Source: a virus
Length of the DNA: 64,000 nucleotides
IMG/VR virus record: IMGVR_UViG_3300042542_005394
Span: 1 to 64,000 of that record
Direction: 5' to 3' (one strand)
A program made the position numbers and the translations under genes. The notes under the pieces were generated by a model. The model was not told the DNA's origin. It ran no database searches and worked only from the letters and a program-made list of their open reading frames with translations. Positions 18,301 through 27,709 of the stretch are shown piece by piece. Position 1 is the stretch's first letter; every line of letters begins with the position of its first letter.

Positions 18301-19692
18301 ACTTTTTTATATTCTAATATTAGCGGTAGACTACTATCATTTGCAGCAAGACCATACTCAGTGATGTATGCTAGTGAAAATTCTTGGGGTACCGGAGATA
18401 CATCATTTAGATGGTTTAATAATCAGTCAACATTAGCTCTTGGAGCTACCGGAGTTGTTAGTTATGATATTTTATCTACTAATACTAATGATACAAATTA
18501 TAACATAGTATTAAGTTCAAATAATCAAATAGATACTATTTTTAACAACAGAGGCTTAGGTAATAAATTTTCAATTATTAATTCTGGAGCCTTAAGTACT
18601 AGAAGAGGATTACACATAAATCCTGTTAGTGGTCAAGTAGCTATTAATGTTATACCAGACACATTTGCTAATATTACAAACCAAGCTCATTTATATGTTG
18701 AAGGTAAAACATGGACCAACTCTTTAAGAATAGGCCCAGGCACCACACCTTCAGGATTATACTTAAGAGTTGATAATAATGGTAATGTTATACCTAGCAC
18801 TTTAGATCTAACAACGCAATTTAGTGGGTCCTATCCATTAAATACAACGTATACTTCGCTTGGTCAGAATAATGCTTTTAGAGTAGATATTGGTTTACAA
18901 AGTGTTGACAGAGCGGGTAATTCTTTGGGAGTAAATAACAATGGTCAATCTATAATATGGGATGGAGTAAAATGGGATTTGAATCGTGGATTTAGAGTAA
19001 GTCAGTCTAGTCCATTAAATATAGGTTCTCCAGCTACAGATCTTAGAACCCTAAATGGAATACAATTTGGTCACGCTACTAAACTCAATAATACATACCA
19101 CACTCACACATTTGCGGGAGGATCTTTCCATACAACAGAAAGTAATCTGTATGATGGATCGGCACAATTTGCTCAATACTATTTGAGATGTAGAACTCCT
19201 ATTACGGGGGGTAATGTTGTAGCGTTAACAACAAACTTCGCTAAGGATTCTATTCAAACAGAAAACCAGTATAATACTATTAGCTTATCAAATAGTAACG
19301 GTTTTAATTATGATAATGTTTGGACATATAATATATTTGTATCAGTATTATGGCAAGATGGTACCAGTAGTAGTAATCCCGCGGTGGGAAATAGACAGGC
19401 TGCTGGTATGAATATTCAAGGTGCCATCTTTAGATCTGCTGATGGTAGTATTTTTACTAAACTTGGCCAAGAAAGAATAAATATTTTTGCAACAGGGGCT
19501 GGTGTTGTTGGTTTGCCCGCTGGTATGGGTATCGCAACTTCTCTCGATAATGATAGTCAGTCTAATTTACCAAGATTAAGTATACGAGCCACCGGAGTTG
19601 ATGGTAAAACAGCATTATGGACAGCTACTGCTCAGGTTCATCAACTTAATCATCCAGGTCATGGGATAAGAGATCTATACGGAAATTCATAA
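15307..19692 (+). CDS. Tail fibre / adhesin-like protein with Asn-Gly beta-roll repeats
   Basis: 1461 aa with many short (I/V)G-x-x-N repeats resembling YadA-head beta-rolls. GVGTGLPDAVLHV and RVGVNTNNPTADLSV motifs are typical of phage fibres. Follows the tape-measure gene. Confidence 0.65.
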   Translation: MSQNIPGNLNIGSGVNPDIVLSQQSGISTVFNANKQNIDFTIYSTGNSNLTYDASTGRLGVGTGLPDAVLHVVAPCAKDGLIVESVTNCPTGVTLLLVHNPQTSPVSGSYPAIVNLAGRDTNYNEIYYGQILSKILDPNTGSTSGEIIFTVDQTGVNKPVFVANLSNVVLGGNNNASGFAYDVVGNYNRLNGVLYNNIGSYNTGTVNSGIVIGNSNLLNGNQLFLFANNSVLSGVSGISIGNSILASGSNNIVLGNTVNLTGLNNILLGSNNDAKIFSTVGLAQSLFSSGVSGIVLGSNVSNTGNFNIYIGNDTSVSGNNNNLIGSLVYLTGNNNLSYGNQNVVNGNNLICIGSYQTASNINSGIFIGNSIGSNEAVRSIIIGIGNKTPNDQQGLSDSILVGINNTLASGIPDKLLLIGQNNVVKDINNSLLVGNQNNASGSINNNLLLGNTNAAPIDSNNNIIVGLLNNQTGIYIDTAGGITGVARRINSTAANSIVAGIHNIQTSGVSTNIIGNKNAVSGSNDNVIGSFNSLRNASRSYSVGNSNYMVGDNLGAMGSKTLIVGQESLIFNNADKRMDVFGSGNIALGFNQLVPSGLVVGTNNRIYGPNNTIYGRNNTLGSIAHAFVMNSLSSNSITIPSLNVANKYTIADTALLVVQSPAANNNTFIREILDIVENPLENTTTIQFSTSIVVNSSNGYFSINENFDDNNLPNNTTVSGLIMPYAVGGGVGGPETNPTYGSNNIVIGSNNNYIYSSGTVIGFNNTVSGVRNVVVGYGLSGVVDNTLYVGTNNSNKIILDNQRTVFNSGKIQDNFIVKSTNDNTSVLNIDLNNNRVGVNTNNPTADLSVSGLTSTNTIRVGFSSPDQYVLTSNVNGFGTWQLPVRLSGLDTGLMCKINDKVSSGISNIYFDPAGNSLSFNLDNNNGLVLNPTGIFVNDAGNTFAMRIRGSGGSDFARVLFNTNFGNNRIDFFNISGNSGVLNNLTIISGLNVPTSLTGTFLYSNISGRLLSFAARPYSVMYASENSWGTGDTSFRWFNNQSTLALGATGVVSYDILSTNTNDTNYNIVLSSNNQIDTIFNNRGLGNKFSIINSGALSTRRGLHINPVSGQVAINVIPDTFANITNQAHLYVEGKTWTNSLRIGPGTTPSGLYLRVDNNGNVIPSTLDLTTQFSGSYPLNTTYTSLGQNNAFRVDIGLQSVDRAGNSLGVNNNGQSIIWDGVKWDLNRGFRVSQSSPLNIGSPATDLRTLNGIQFGHATKLNNTYHTHTFAGGSFHTTESNLYDGSAQFAQYYLRCRTPITGGNVVALTTNFAKDSIQTENQYNTISLSNSNGFNYDNVWTYNIFVSVLWQDGTSSSNPAVGNRQAAGMNIQGAIFRSADGSIFTKLGQERINIFATGAGVVGLPAGMGIATSLDNDSQSNLPRLSIRATGVDGKTALWTATAQVHQLNHPGHGIRDLYGNS

Positions 19693-19697
19693 TTATA

Positions 19698-21125
19698 ATG
19701 GGACAATTAATATTACAAAATATTACTTTATCGCCAATTCCATTGGTGACCATAAGTAATGAGATACAAAAAGACGGAGCTGGACAACCCATAGGGGCCA
19801 CAACTAATATTAGCCTAAAAGGAGAGATATTTCCTAGTGGTAGTGGTTTAGTTGGCTCCGACAAATATACCTCGGGCCTACTTAATCTCAGCTTAGCAAC
19901 TGGTAGTGATAGTATAAGACAAAAATTAAATAATTTATTTAAAGATTCTACACCAATAGAGGTAAGTTTACCCTGTCAATTTGGATCATTCTCAAAATGC
20001 TATATTAAGAAATATTCTGTAGATGAAAACGAAAATAGATGGACCACTACTATTCCATATAGTATAGATCTGGTATGCGAAAGAAATGAACCTCTTAAAA
20101 ATTTATATTTAGTTAATAGTACCAAAGATAATTGGACTATAGAACCAGTAGAAGATTATTGGATAACAAACGAGGCTAAAGGAGCAACAAATAATAATAA
20201 TGCTCCGGGGTATAGGATCACTCGCTCAATTAGCGCTGTTGGTAAATATTATCCTGGAACAACACCAGTACAAAATGCTCAACAATGGGTCAAAGAGAAA
20301 TCTGTAAATATTACCGGAGTTATAGATAATAATTTAATTTTATTTAATCATGTAAGAAGAACTAATGTTAATAAGTTTGAGGGATCTTATGGTTTTGATG
20401 ACACTTGGCTAGCTTTTTATCAGTTAACAGACCCTACAAGATATGCCATAGAAAATTTTGAGGTAGAAGTTGGAATAGACGAATCTAAAAATATCACAGC
20501 AAATGTCAAGGGATCTGTTCAAGGCTTAGAGTTTTTTGATAAGTCTAACACTGGTATACCAGATTATGACAAACCAACCGTTAACAATTCTAATTTTGTT
20601 CCTACAACAGGAAGATTCGCTAATGCTTTAAAAACATATATTGATGTTAGAAATGAAATACGAAGTAGAGCAGAGGCATTAGCAGGAACATCACTTAATC
20701 CCAAACCTTTATCTATAGTGGAAGGTTTTGACTCAACAGCAGGAACAATAACTTACAGCTTTTCATATGATACTAGACCAAGAACCATAATTAAAAAAGC
20801 AATAAGTGAATCTATAAACGTAGATACCAATTATGGACAAAAAGAATTATATGCTTCTATTTTTGTTATAGGTCGTAAATTAGGACCAATACTGCAAACT
20901 ATTAATAATTTTCCGTCTTATAGTACAACAACAGTTAACTATGAGTGTGTTTTACCATCATCAGGAATGGCTAATTTAATGTTTCCTAAAGACGTATATG
21001 ATGATCTTGAACGACAAATAAGGACTTTTGGTCCAGACAATTTTTTAGCAGTTAATAATAGCGGTTTTTCTTGGAACATGAACGAGAATAGATTATCTAT
21101 GACAATAGAGTATATGCATTCATGA
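19698..21125 (+). CDS. Putative virion tail/baseplate protein (paralog 1)
   Basis: 475-aa beta-rich ORF in the tail block; shares colinear motifs with the next gene. Confidence 0.5.
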   Translation: MGQLILQNITLSPIPLVTISNEIQKDGAGQPIGATTNISLKGEIFPSGSGLVGSDKYTSGLLNLSLATGSDSIRQKLNNLFKDSTPIEVSLPCQFGSFSKCYIKKYSVDENENRWTTTIPYSIDLVCERNEPLKNLYLVNSTKDNWTIEPVEDYWITNEAKGATNNNNAPGYRITRSISAVGKYYPGTTPVQNAQQWVKEKSVNITGVIDNNLILFNHVRRTNVNKFEGSYGFDDTWLAFYQLTDPTRYAIENFEVEVGIDESKNITANVKGSVQGLEFFDKSNTGIPDYDKPTVNNSNFVPTTGRFANALKTYIDVRNEIRSRAEALAGTSLNPKPLSIVEGFDSTAGTITYSFSYDTRPRTIIKKAISESINVDTNYGQKELYASIFVIGRKLGPILQTINNFPSYSTTTVNYECVLPSSGMANLMFPKDVYDDLERQIRTFGPDNFLAVNNSGFSWNMNENRLSMTIEYMHS

Positions 21126-22669
21126 GTATTACTATATCTTTTAATAATGTTAATTTTACTCCCACTCCTAATATTAATATTAGTACAGAGTATCTAACTG
21201 TTGGTAGTGGTATTTCTAAAATACATAATATTACTTTAAATGGATTATTATTTGCTGGTAAAAGCCCAGGATACTCTGGATTAAGCGGAATAAGAAGTCC
21301 AGATAGTACGGGAATTCTAAGTCTTGATGGTATAAATTACAAAGTAAAAACTATTAGCTCTAATTTAGAACCAACAAATGACAATTGGGCTAATACTATT
21401 CGTTATAGTATGAATTTTGAGGGAGTATTGACTTCAGAAAATCCTGGATTTAATACTAGTACAAACTGGTTAGTTACTAGAATACAGGATGATTGGTCTT
21501 TTGAAGCTCTAGATGAAAACTTTAAAAATATTACCCAGCCTGATTTTGATACTAAATTATATACTGAAAAACTAACTAATGATTTATATACTTTACCAAC
21601 GTATCCATTTTTTAAAATTACCAGAACTGTTGGAGCAGTAGGAAGGTATGAGCTAGATTATCCTAATTCTTTAGAGAATGCTAAACTGTGGATAGAAAAT
21701 TATATGGGGCAAAATGGGCAAACTACAACAGAAGCTTTTTTAAGTAATTTTGGTGGCGTATATAATCATATTAGAAATGTTAATAAAAGCAGTACGGACG
21801 GCTCATATACTGTTACTGATACATGGGTGGCTAGCAGAAATAATAATAATTATATACAAACTCTCAATATTGAAAGCTCATTAGATAGAGATGCTACAAG
21901 AACTGTATCTATTAATGGAGAAATAAAAGGATTATCAAACAGTAATAAAACTTGGACTAGTGCCGGACCTAGTGGTAAAATTATTGACATTATTACTGAC
22001 GATAATACAAAGTATACCAATGCCTTCTCTAGATTTTCTAGTATACAAAACACATTTTTAGGCATGGCTCAGAATATGTTGGTTACACCAACGAGCAGAA
22101 ATAAAAATGAGATGCTTTATGATAATCAGTTTAAATTTATTAATGCCGGAGATGCGGGATTCAACAGAAATGAGACGCCAACTATTAATCCTATTCCTGT
22201 TTCTAGTGGAGTCACTCACAGTAAAACAGACGGATCTATAAAATTTAATATTGTTTATAATAACAAGCCAATTAATTATTTTAGTGGAATATCAGAAACT
22301 ATTAACGTACAAGATTCTATTGGTATGAAAAAAATAATAACACAATTGGTAATGTATGGTCCTCCAATTTTGCAGGATTTAGGCACCAAAAGCTCTAATA
22401 CTAGAACTATAAATATAGATGCTAAATTTGCAAATTACCCGACTGTACAAAACACTATAGAATATTATAATATCTTAAAAGGAAAAAGAGATAGTATAAA
22501 AAAGCTTGCAGAAAGTCTTAACCCAAAAAACATTCTGGATCCTGTGCCTTCTCCTAATCTAGAAATAAAAAGTTTTTTAAAAGATAGTAGTGCTAAAATT
22601 GACGTGGTTAATAATTCAGTATCTTGTAATTTTACATATGAGTGGGTTTTTAGAGGAAAAACACAATGA
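21122..22669 (+). CDS. Putative virion tail/baseplate protein (paralog 2)
   Basis: 515 aa; ATGA overlaps with both neighbours; colinear motifs shared with 19698-21125. Confidence 0.5.
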   Translation: MSITISFNNVNFTPTPNINISTEYLTVGSGISKIHNITLNGLLFAGKSPGYSGLSGIRSPDSTGILSLDGINYKVKTISSNLEPTNDNWANTIRYSMNFEGVLTSENPGFNTSTNWLVTRIQDDWSFEALDENFKNITQPDFDTKLYTEKLTNDLYTLPTYPFFKITRTVGAVGRYELDYPNSLENAKLWIENYMGQNGQTTTEAFLSNFGGVYNHIRNVNKSSTDGSYTVTDTWVASRNNNNYIQTLNIESSLDRDATRTVSINGEIKGLSNSNKTWTSAGPSGKIIDIITDDNTKYTNAFSRFSSIQNTFLGMAQNMLVTPTSRNKNEMLYDNQFKFINAGDAGFNRNETPTINPIPVSSGVTHSKTDGSIKFNIVYNNKPINYFSGISETINVQDSIGMKKIITQLVMYGPPILQDLGTKSSNTRTINIDAKFANYPTVQNTIEYYNILKGKRDSIKKLAESLNPKNILDPVPSPNLEIKSFLKDSSAKIDVVNNSVSCNFTYEWVFRGKTQ

Positions 22670-25600
22670 GCTTAAGACAAACTCTTTTTCTAGGATGTAG
22701 CATAACCAAGTTTAATATTAATTTAGCATGGGGCGAAGAGAATAGTCAGGCTAGGATTTCCCTGGCATATGACGATTCTACCAGTAGTGCTAGAGCCTCT
22801 TTTCAAAGCGATAGTCTACAAAATAGTCTTCAAAACAGAATTAAAAACAATAGAGACATACCCACTCAGAATAGTTACGTAATATCAAAAAACATACCTA
22901 CAGAAACGACCCAAGAGAATAAGAAAAGGTTATGGCCAACAAACACATCATCTGACACAGATTTTTTAGAAGCAGACCCTAATTTTATAGGACTTAATTA
23001 TGACATAATAGGGTGCCCGGCCAGATTTAAATATGATACTAATTTAGAATTTGCTGGACTGGTAAAATCTTGGAAAAGTCTAGGGTCAACATCTGGTAAA
23101 GATATATATGAAGTTGAACTACAGGGATATTCATCATTGCTTAATAATAGTTATTTAATAATAAATAATTATATTGGTTCTATATCCGAATTTGCTGGGG
23201 ACTGGGCGTCTCCTATGATATATGACAACGACAGAAATGGAAATTTATTAAATAGAAACTATGTAACTCCATCCATATACCATGGTAATATCCCAAATGT
23301 TTTTAATGTTTACGGAGCTTACGAAGCCGTATCATTTGGAAGCTCATTTAAAAATGACAGAGGAATCCCTGCTTTACAGATATATAATTTTTTAAGAAAT
23401 GACTTTGCATCCAGAAGTAAATATAATCCATACGGAGGATTAATTACTAAAACAGTCACTAGTAATGGAAATATCATTAACACAGATGGTTTTCTTGAAA
23501 ATCATGGATTATGTCGTAGCATAATAGCAGCAGATAATGTTCGCAGAAGTTTATTTTCTTTGGACCTATCAGAAGTACCAGTTCCTCCACAAACCTTATA
23601 TATCCCTAATTCGGTAATATCAATAGGAGAATTTATTAAGATACTATGCGAAGGAGCTGGCTGTGACTATTCTATTATTTTTCTTAATAATACTAGCGGA
23701 AACACAACAGGAACCATTAAGGTAAAAACTATATCTAGAAGAGATATACCATCAAGAAATCAATTAAAAAACAAAATTAATGAATTAATTAACCAAAACA
23801 ATACTAAAATATCTAATTACTCTTACGGCCAAGAATTTGCAGACACTCCAGTAAGATTAATGCACATAGGAGGTAAGCAAAAAAGACTATATCAAGCTTT
23901 ATCGACGAATCTATCTCAGACACAAACTACTATGGTATTTGATCCCTACAAAGGGACTTTTATGCCAACTCCATCAACAACAGTTAATAGATATATGGTT
24001 CCGGATCACCAGTTTACCAGAAGATTTCAATCGTGGAGAGAAGGGGTTGGATATGTTAGTCAAACATTAGGAACTGACGCTTTTTACACAGAAACTACCA
24101 TGGGCAACGGTTATTCTAGATGGCAAAATAATTATCAAAATGTAGCTACTGCAAATAATTCTGGACCTAACCATTCTTACCCGATTTTTAATGATATAAT
24201 TTGTCCATATTTTGGTATGAATGGAGATACTTATAGTGAAAGCGGTGCTGGGAATTTTAGTGGCACAGAAAATGAATATAGCTTTTCTGACGCTAGAACA
24301 GTATATTGGGATCAGCGAACTAATCAGCTTAAAATAGTCTTTATAAAAAACGATATTACTAGAGTATTATCAAACTCTTATTATGATGCAACTACTTTTG
24401 TTGTGCTCGAAAATGAATTAAGAGCAGCTGGTTCAGGATTTGAATCTTGGCTTTCATATTGTTTTGATAATTTTTTCTCAACAGATATAGAATTGCTTAT
24501 GGCTGGCTATTTTAGAAATACCTATGGAACAGCCCCATATTTAAAAGCGGTATCAATTATTAAATGGGATATCTTAGGAAAATCAAAAGCCTCAAATGTT
24601 AATAATTATGCCGGAAACATAAGCATAGCTAACGCTGCTCCATACGTTCGGTCTTTTTACCAAGATCTAAATAAAGTATGGGAAATTATGAAAAAAGTTC
24701 ATGATACATACTATGGTAAATCGTATATGGTAAGAGTTCCTTCGATTAATTATTATAGGGATCCCGAGTCTGGTAAATATTTTTATAATTGGGAAGTTTC
24801 TACTGATGGAGCTTGGGAAGAAAACGGTACATTTATTGATGACACAATGATCGTTGGTTCCACAGTGATGGACACATTCAGAGACGAAGAAGGTAAAATA
24901 AAACCAATATTAGGCTTTAGTGCCAATGCAGAGAAATCTACAAAAGATAATTGGTTAGACACTCAATTAGCTATGGCACAAGCGGGTGGAATGGGGGCTA
25001 TGCACGCTGTTATTCAAAAAGAATACAGAAAATTCACATCAAGAGCAGAGGCCAACAAGTATTTTTATTTCCCATTAGAACATGATATGGATCCAAGTAA
25101 TTATGTATATATAAAATATGTTAGTCCAACAGCAACTTCTCAAGGATTTACTTTTGGTGGCTCATCAGCAATAAACACTGGAGATTTTAGAACCGCGCAA
25201 GGAGAGAATATACCAAGTGATTATACATACAAAATGTACGCAACAGCTACAGCACGACAAGCATTGGTTTATATAAATAGCACTCCTAGAATTATATTAA
25301 ATTTAGATCGACCAATAAAATTAGGAGGAGGCAAGAATGAATGTGAAAGATCTTTAGCGTATACTATGATGCATGATGCTATCTTAGCTCATCAATACGG
25401 CTGGGCTTTTAAATCAGGGTATAACAGAGATCTTATAAAATCCGGGGCGCTACTAGCATGGTTTTTGGGTGGCAACGCTAGAATTTCTGCAGATATAGGG
25501 GGAGGTGGTATTAGTTTAAACGACACTGGACCCTCTATACCAATAGAACCAAAGGCTATTTGTCCAGCATTTGCTGCTATTCCGATTCAGTATAATTTGG

Positions 25601-27708
25601 CTACTTATGGTCCATGGATAGATAATCCTGGTTATGCTGGTTTTGATAGAAATGAAATAGATAATGCTGTTGGATCTGTAAAAGTTGAGGAAAATACTGA
25701 TCTAGTTCCTTGGAACTATGGAGGTATGGAAAATTTAGACTCGTATGTTTGCAAAGCTATAGATAATGAAGCCGGTTATCAGCAAGTACATGAGAATGGA
25801 GAATTGGGTGTAGTAGGAATAGATACTAGTATAGGACTTGTAGGCGAAGCGCTAGTTGCTGGTGGTCCACTAATATCCACCATTGTTGTTGATATTGGAG
25901 AAAATGGAATCACTTCTAACTATACTTTAAGAACATATACCAGAAAACTAGGCTTTTTTAATAAAGAAAATACAGATAGATTTAAAACACTAGCATTAGA
26001 AAATTTCAAACAAAGGAAAGCAATAAACGATTCTCTGAATGCTACACAAAATATAATTAAAGCTAATTTTGCTGGAGCCATTAGAGACAGTAGTGGAGGA
26101 GATACTCCCAAACAGTTAAGATGGAGTCCCGGTAAAATCTTAGTTGGAGGTAATAGGCTTCATGTTCATCCAAATTCTAGCGTTGCTCAGAATATACCAA
26201 ATTATAGTCCAGATTGGTCTATGAAACCTTATGGTCGTATTAATAGCGATGTTCAAAATTTACCCAGATATTTAGGAGATATAGGATTATACGAAACTGA
26301 CGAAGCTCCTAGAGAACTTTTGACAGACTATGATAAAAAAGCCATTATGAGTTTAGATGGCATTTTATCTCCAATCTCATTCTATCCTATTCCATACGGA
26401 TCTACATATAGTATAACTAAATACCCAAGAAGCAGATGCCCAATATGTTTAGGTACGGCTAAGTACTCCTACAAAAAACTGAATAGCCTAGCGCTTAATA
26501 CAATTGATAATTTTAATACTATATTAAATAATATTAATACACAGACAGATGTTGATTGTATATTTTGTGAGCCAGACAACATTAAAGACAAACGTAAATA
26601 TGCTAGTGCCACACCAAAAGAAACAACACCTCCGTACATTATAGCGTCAGGTACAGACTTAACTATTATATCAAGTAATACTGTTACAGGAATTGGTGGA
26701 ATAAGTGGCAATCCAATCATTAATTACGCTACGTTAAATCCAGTTTTATTAACTAGTGGAGAATTTTCTTGTTATCAAAATAGACAACCAGGAGATTATT
26801 CTGCTCATTCCATAGACACAATATCTAGTAGTATAGTTGCTCCTAATGGTAGTGATAGTAGTTTAAAATTATCTTACAGCGACAATATTAATGATGCATA
26901 TGATTATATAGATAAAAATTTTGGTAAATCGCCGGGCACCAAACCCGCTTATAAACAAATCACAGGATACCCAAATAACGAAAATCTACCAGCTAATAAT
27001 ATGAGATTTTTTGGTTTAAGAGGACCTATAATGGTTCACGGTTGGGGTTATGATACTGAAGGATATCCTGTACCCAATGGTTCCGGTGAAGTACGATTAA
27101 ACGAAGATGGTTCTGCATTGCGGGATAGTGATGGGAATATTCTATATAAAAACCAAACACAAAATCCTGACGGCTCATGGACTAAGCCATATAAGGAACA
27201 CAAATTTGCTAAGGGTTGGGGGCAAATGCCGGGCACATGGCCTGTAGGTCCAATTGATTTAAGGTGGGATGATAGCTCTAAAGTGTGGACAGTAGGAGCT
27301 AATTATAAAAATGTTTGGATACAAATAGAACAAGACTTGGTAGATAAAGAACCCGCACGAGGTCAAATAATAACTGATCTAGATAAAAATCCGTTACCTA
27401 GTGGTTTGAGAAGGCTTGTTTTCGTTAAGGACAATCTAGGCACAAGTCCTGCCCCAAGAGGAGCTCAGATATATTGTAAATATAATAGCGATGATGGTTT
27501 TTATGAGCCTATTTATAATAGGCCATTTATTACTTCTGGCGTTATTAGAGGAGCTTCTAGTGTCGATATATATCAAATATATAGCACAGATAACACTTCT
27601 TATAGGACCACATATAAGAATCCATTAGGTTTTAATGCCTCTAATGGAGACAATGGTCTTTTCGTATACATGGACAAAGATTGGGTACTACAATCTTACA
27701 GGTGCTAA
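22666..27708 (+). CDS. Large putative tail/baseplate-hub protein
   Basis: 1680-aa ORF coupled to the previous gene, in the tail block. Contains a CPIC...CIFC pair. Function is inferred from position only. Confidence 0.45.
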   Translation: MSLRQTLFLGCSITKFNINLAWGEENSQARISLAYDDSTSSARASFQSDSLQNSLQNRIKNNRDIPTQNSYVISKNIPTETTQENKKRLWPTNTSSDTDFLEADPNFIGLNYDIIGCPARFKYDTNLEFAGLVKSWKSLGSTSGKDIYEVELQGYSSLLNNSYLIINNYIGSISEFAGDWASPMIYDNDRNGNLLNRNYVTPSIYHGNIPNVFNVYGAYEAVSFGSSFKNDRGIPALQIYNFLRNDFASRSKYNPYGGLITKTVTSNGNIINTDGFLENHGLCRSIIAADNVRRSLFSLDLSEVPVPPQTLYIPNSVISIGEFIKILCEGAGCDYSIIFLNNTSGNTTGTIKVKTISRRDIPSRNQLKNKINELINQNNTKISNYSYGQEFADTPVRLMHIGGKQKRLYQALSTNLSQTQTTMVFDPYKGTFMPTPSTTVNRYMVPDHQFTRRFQSWREGVGYVSQTLGTDAFYTETTMGNGYSRWQNNYQNVATANNSGPNHSYPIFNDIICPYFGMNGDTYSESGAGNFSGTENEYSFSDARTVYWDQRTNQLKIVFIKNDITRVLSNSYYDATTFVVLENELRAAGSGFESWLSYCFDNFFSTDIELLMAGYFRNTYGTAPYLKAVSIIKWDILGKSKASNVNNYAGNISIANAAPYVRSFYQDLNKVWEIMKKVHDTYYGKSYMVRVPSINYYRDPESGKYFYNWEVSTDGAWEENGTFIDDTMIVGSTVMDTFRDEEGKIKPILGFSANAEKSTKDNWLDTQLAMAQAGGMGAMHAVIQKEYRKFTSRAEANKYFYFPLEHDMDPSNYVYIKYVSPTATSQGFTFGGSSAINTGDFRTAQGENIPSDYTYKMYATATARQALVYINSTPRIILNLDRPIKLGGGKNECERSLAYTMMHDAILAHQYGWAFKSGYNRDLIKSGALLAWFLGGNARISADIGGGGISLNDTGPSIPIEPKAICPAFAAIPIQYNLATYGPWIDNPGYAGFDRNEIDNAVGSVKVEENTDLVPWNYGGMENLDSYVCKAIDNEAGYQQVHENGELGVVGIDTSIGLVGEALVAGGPLISTIVVDIGENGITSNYTLRTYTRKLGFFNKENTDRFKTLALENFKQRKAINDSLNATQNIIKANFAGAIRDSSGGDTPKQLRWSPGKILVGGNRLHVHPNSSVAQNIPNYSPDWSMKPYGRINSDVQNLPRYLGDIGLYETDEAPRELLTDYDKKAIMSLDGILSPISFYPIPYGSTYSITKYPRSRCPICLGTAKYSYKKLNSLALNTIDNFNTILNNINTQTDVDCIFCEPDNIKDKRKYASATPKETTPPYIIASGTDLTIISSNTVTGIGGISGNPIINYATLNPVLLTSGEFSCYQNRQPGDYSAHSIDTISSSIVAPNGSDSSLKLSYSDNINDAYDYIDKNFGKSPGTKPAYKQITGYPNNENLPANNMRFFGLRGPIMVHGWGYDTEGYPVPNGSGEVRLNEDGSALRDSDGNILYKNQTQNPDGSWTKPYKEHKFAKGWGQMPGTWPVGPIDLRWDDSSKVWTVGANYKNVWIQIEQDLVDKEPARGQIITDLDKNPLPSGLRRLVFVKDNLGTSPAPRGAQIYCKYNSDDGFYEPIYNRPFITSGVIRGASSVDIYQIYSTDNTSYRTTYKNPLGFNASNGDNGLFVYMDKDWVLQSYRC

Positions 27709-27709
27709 T

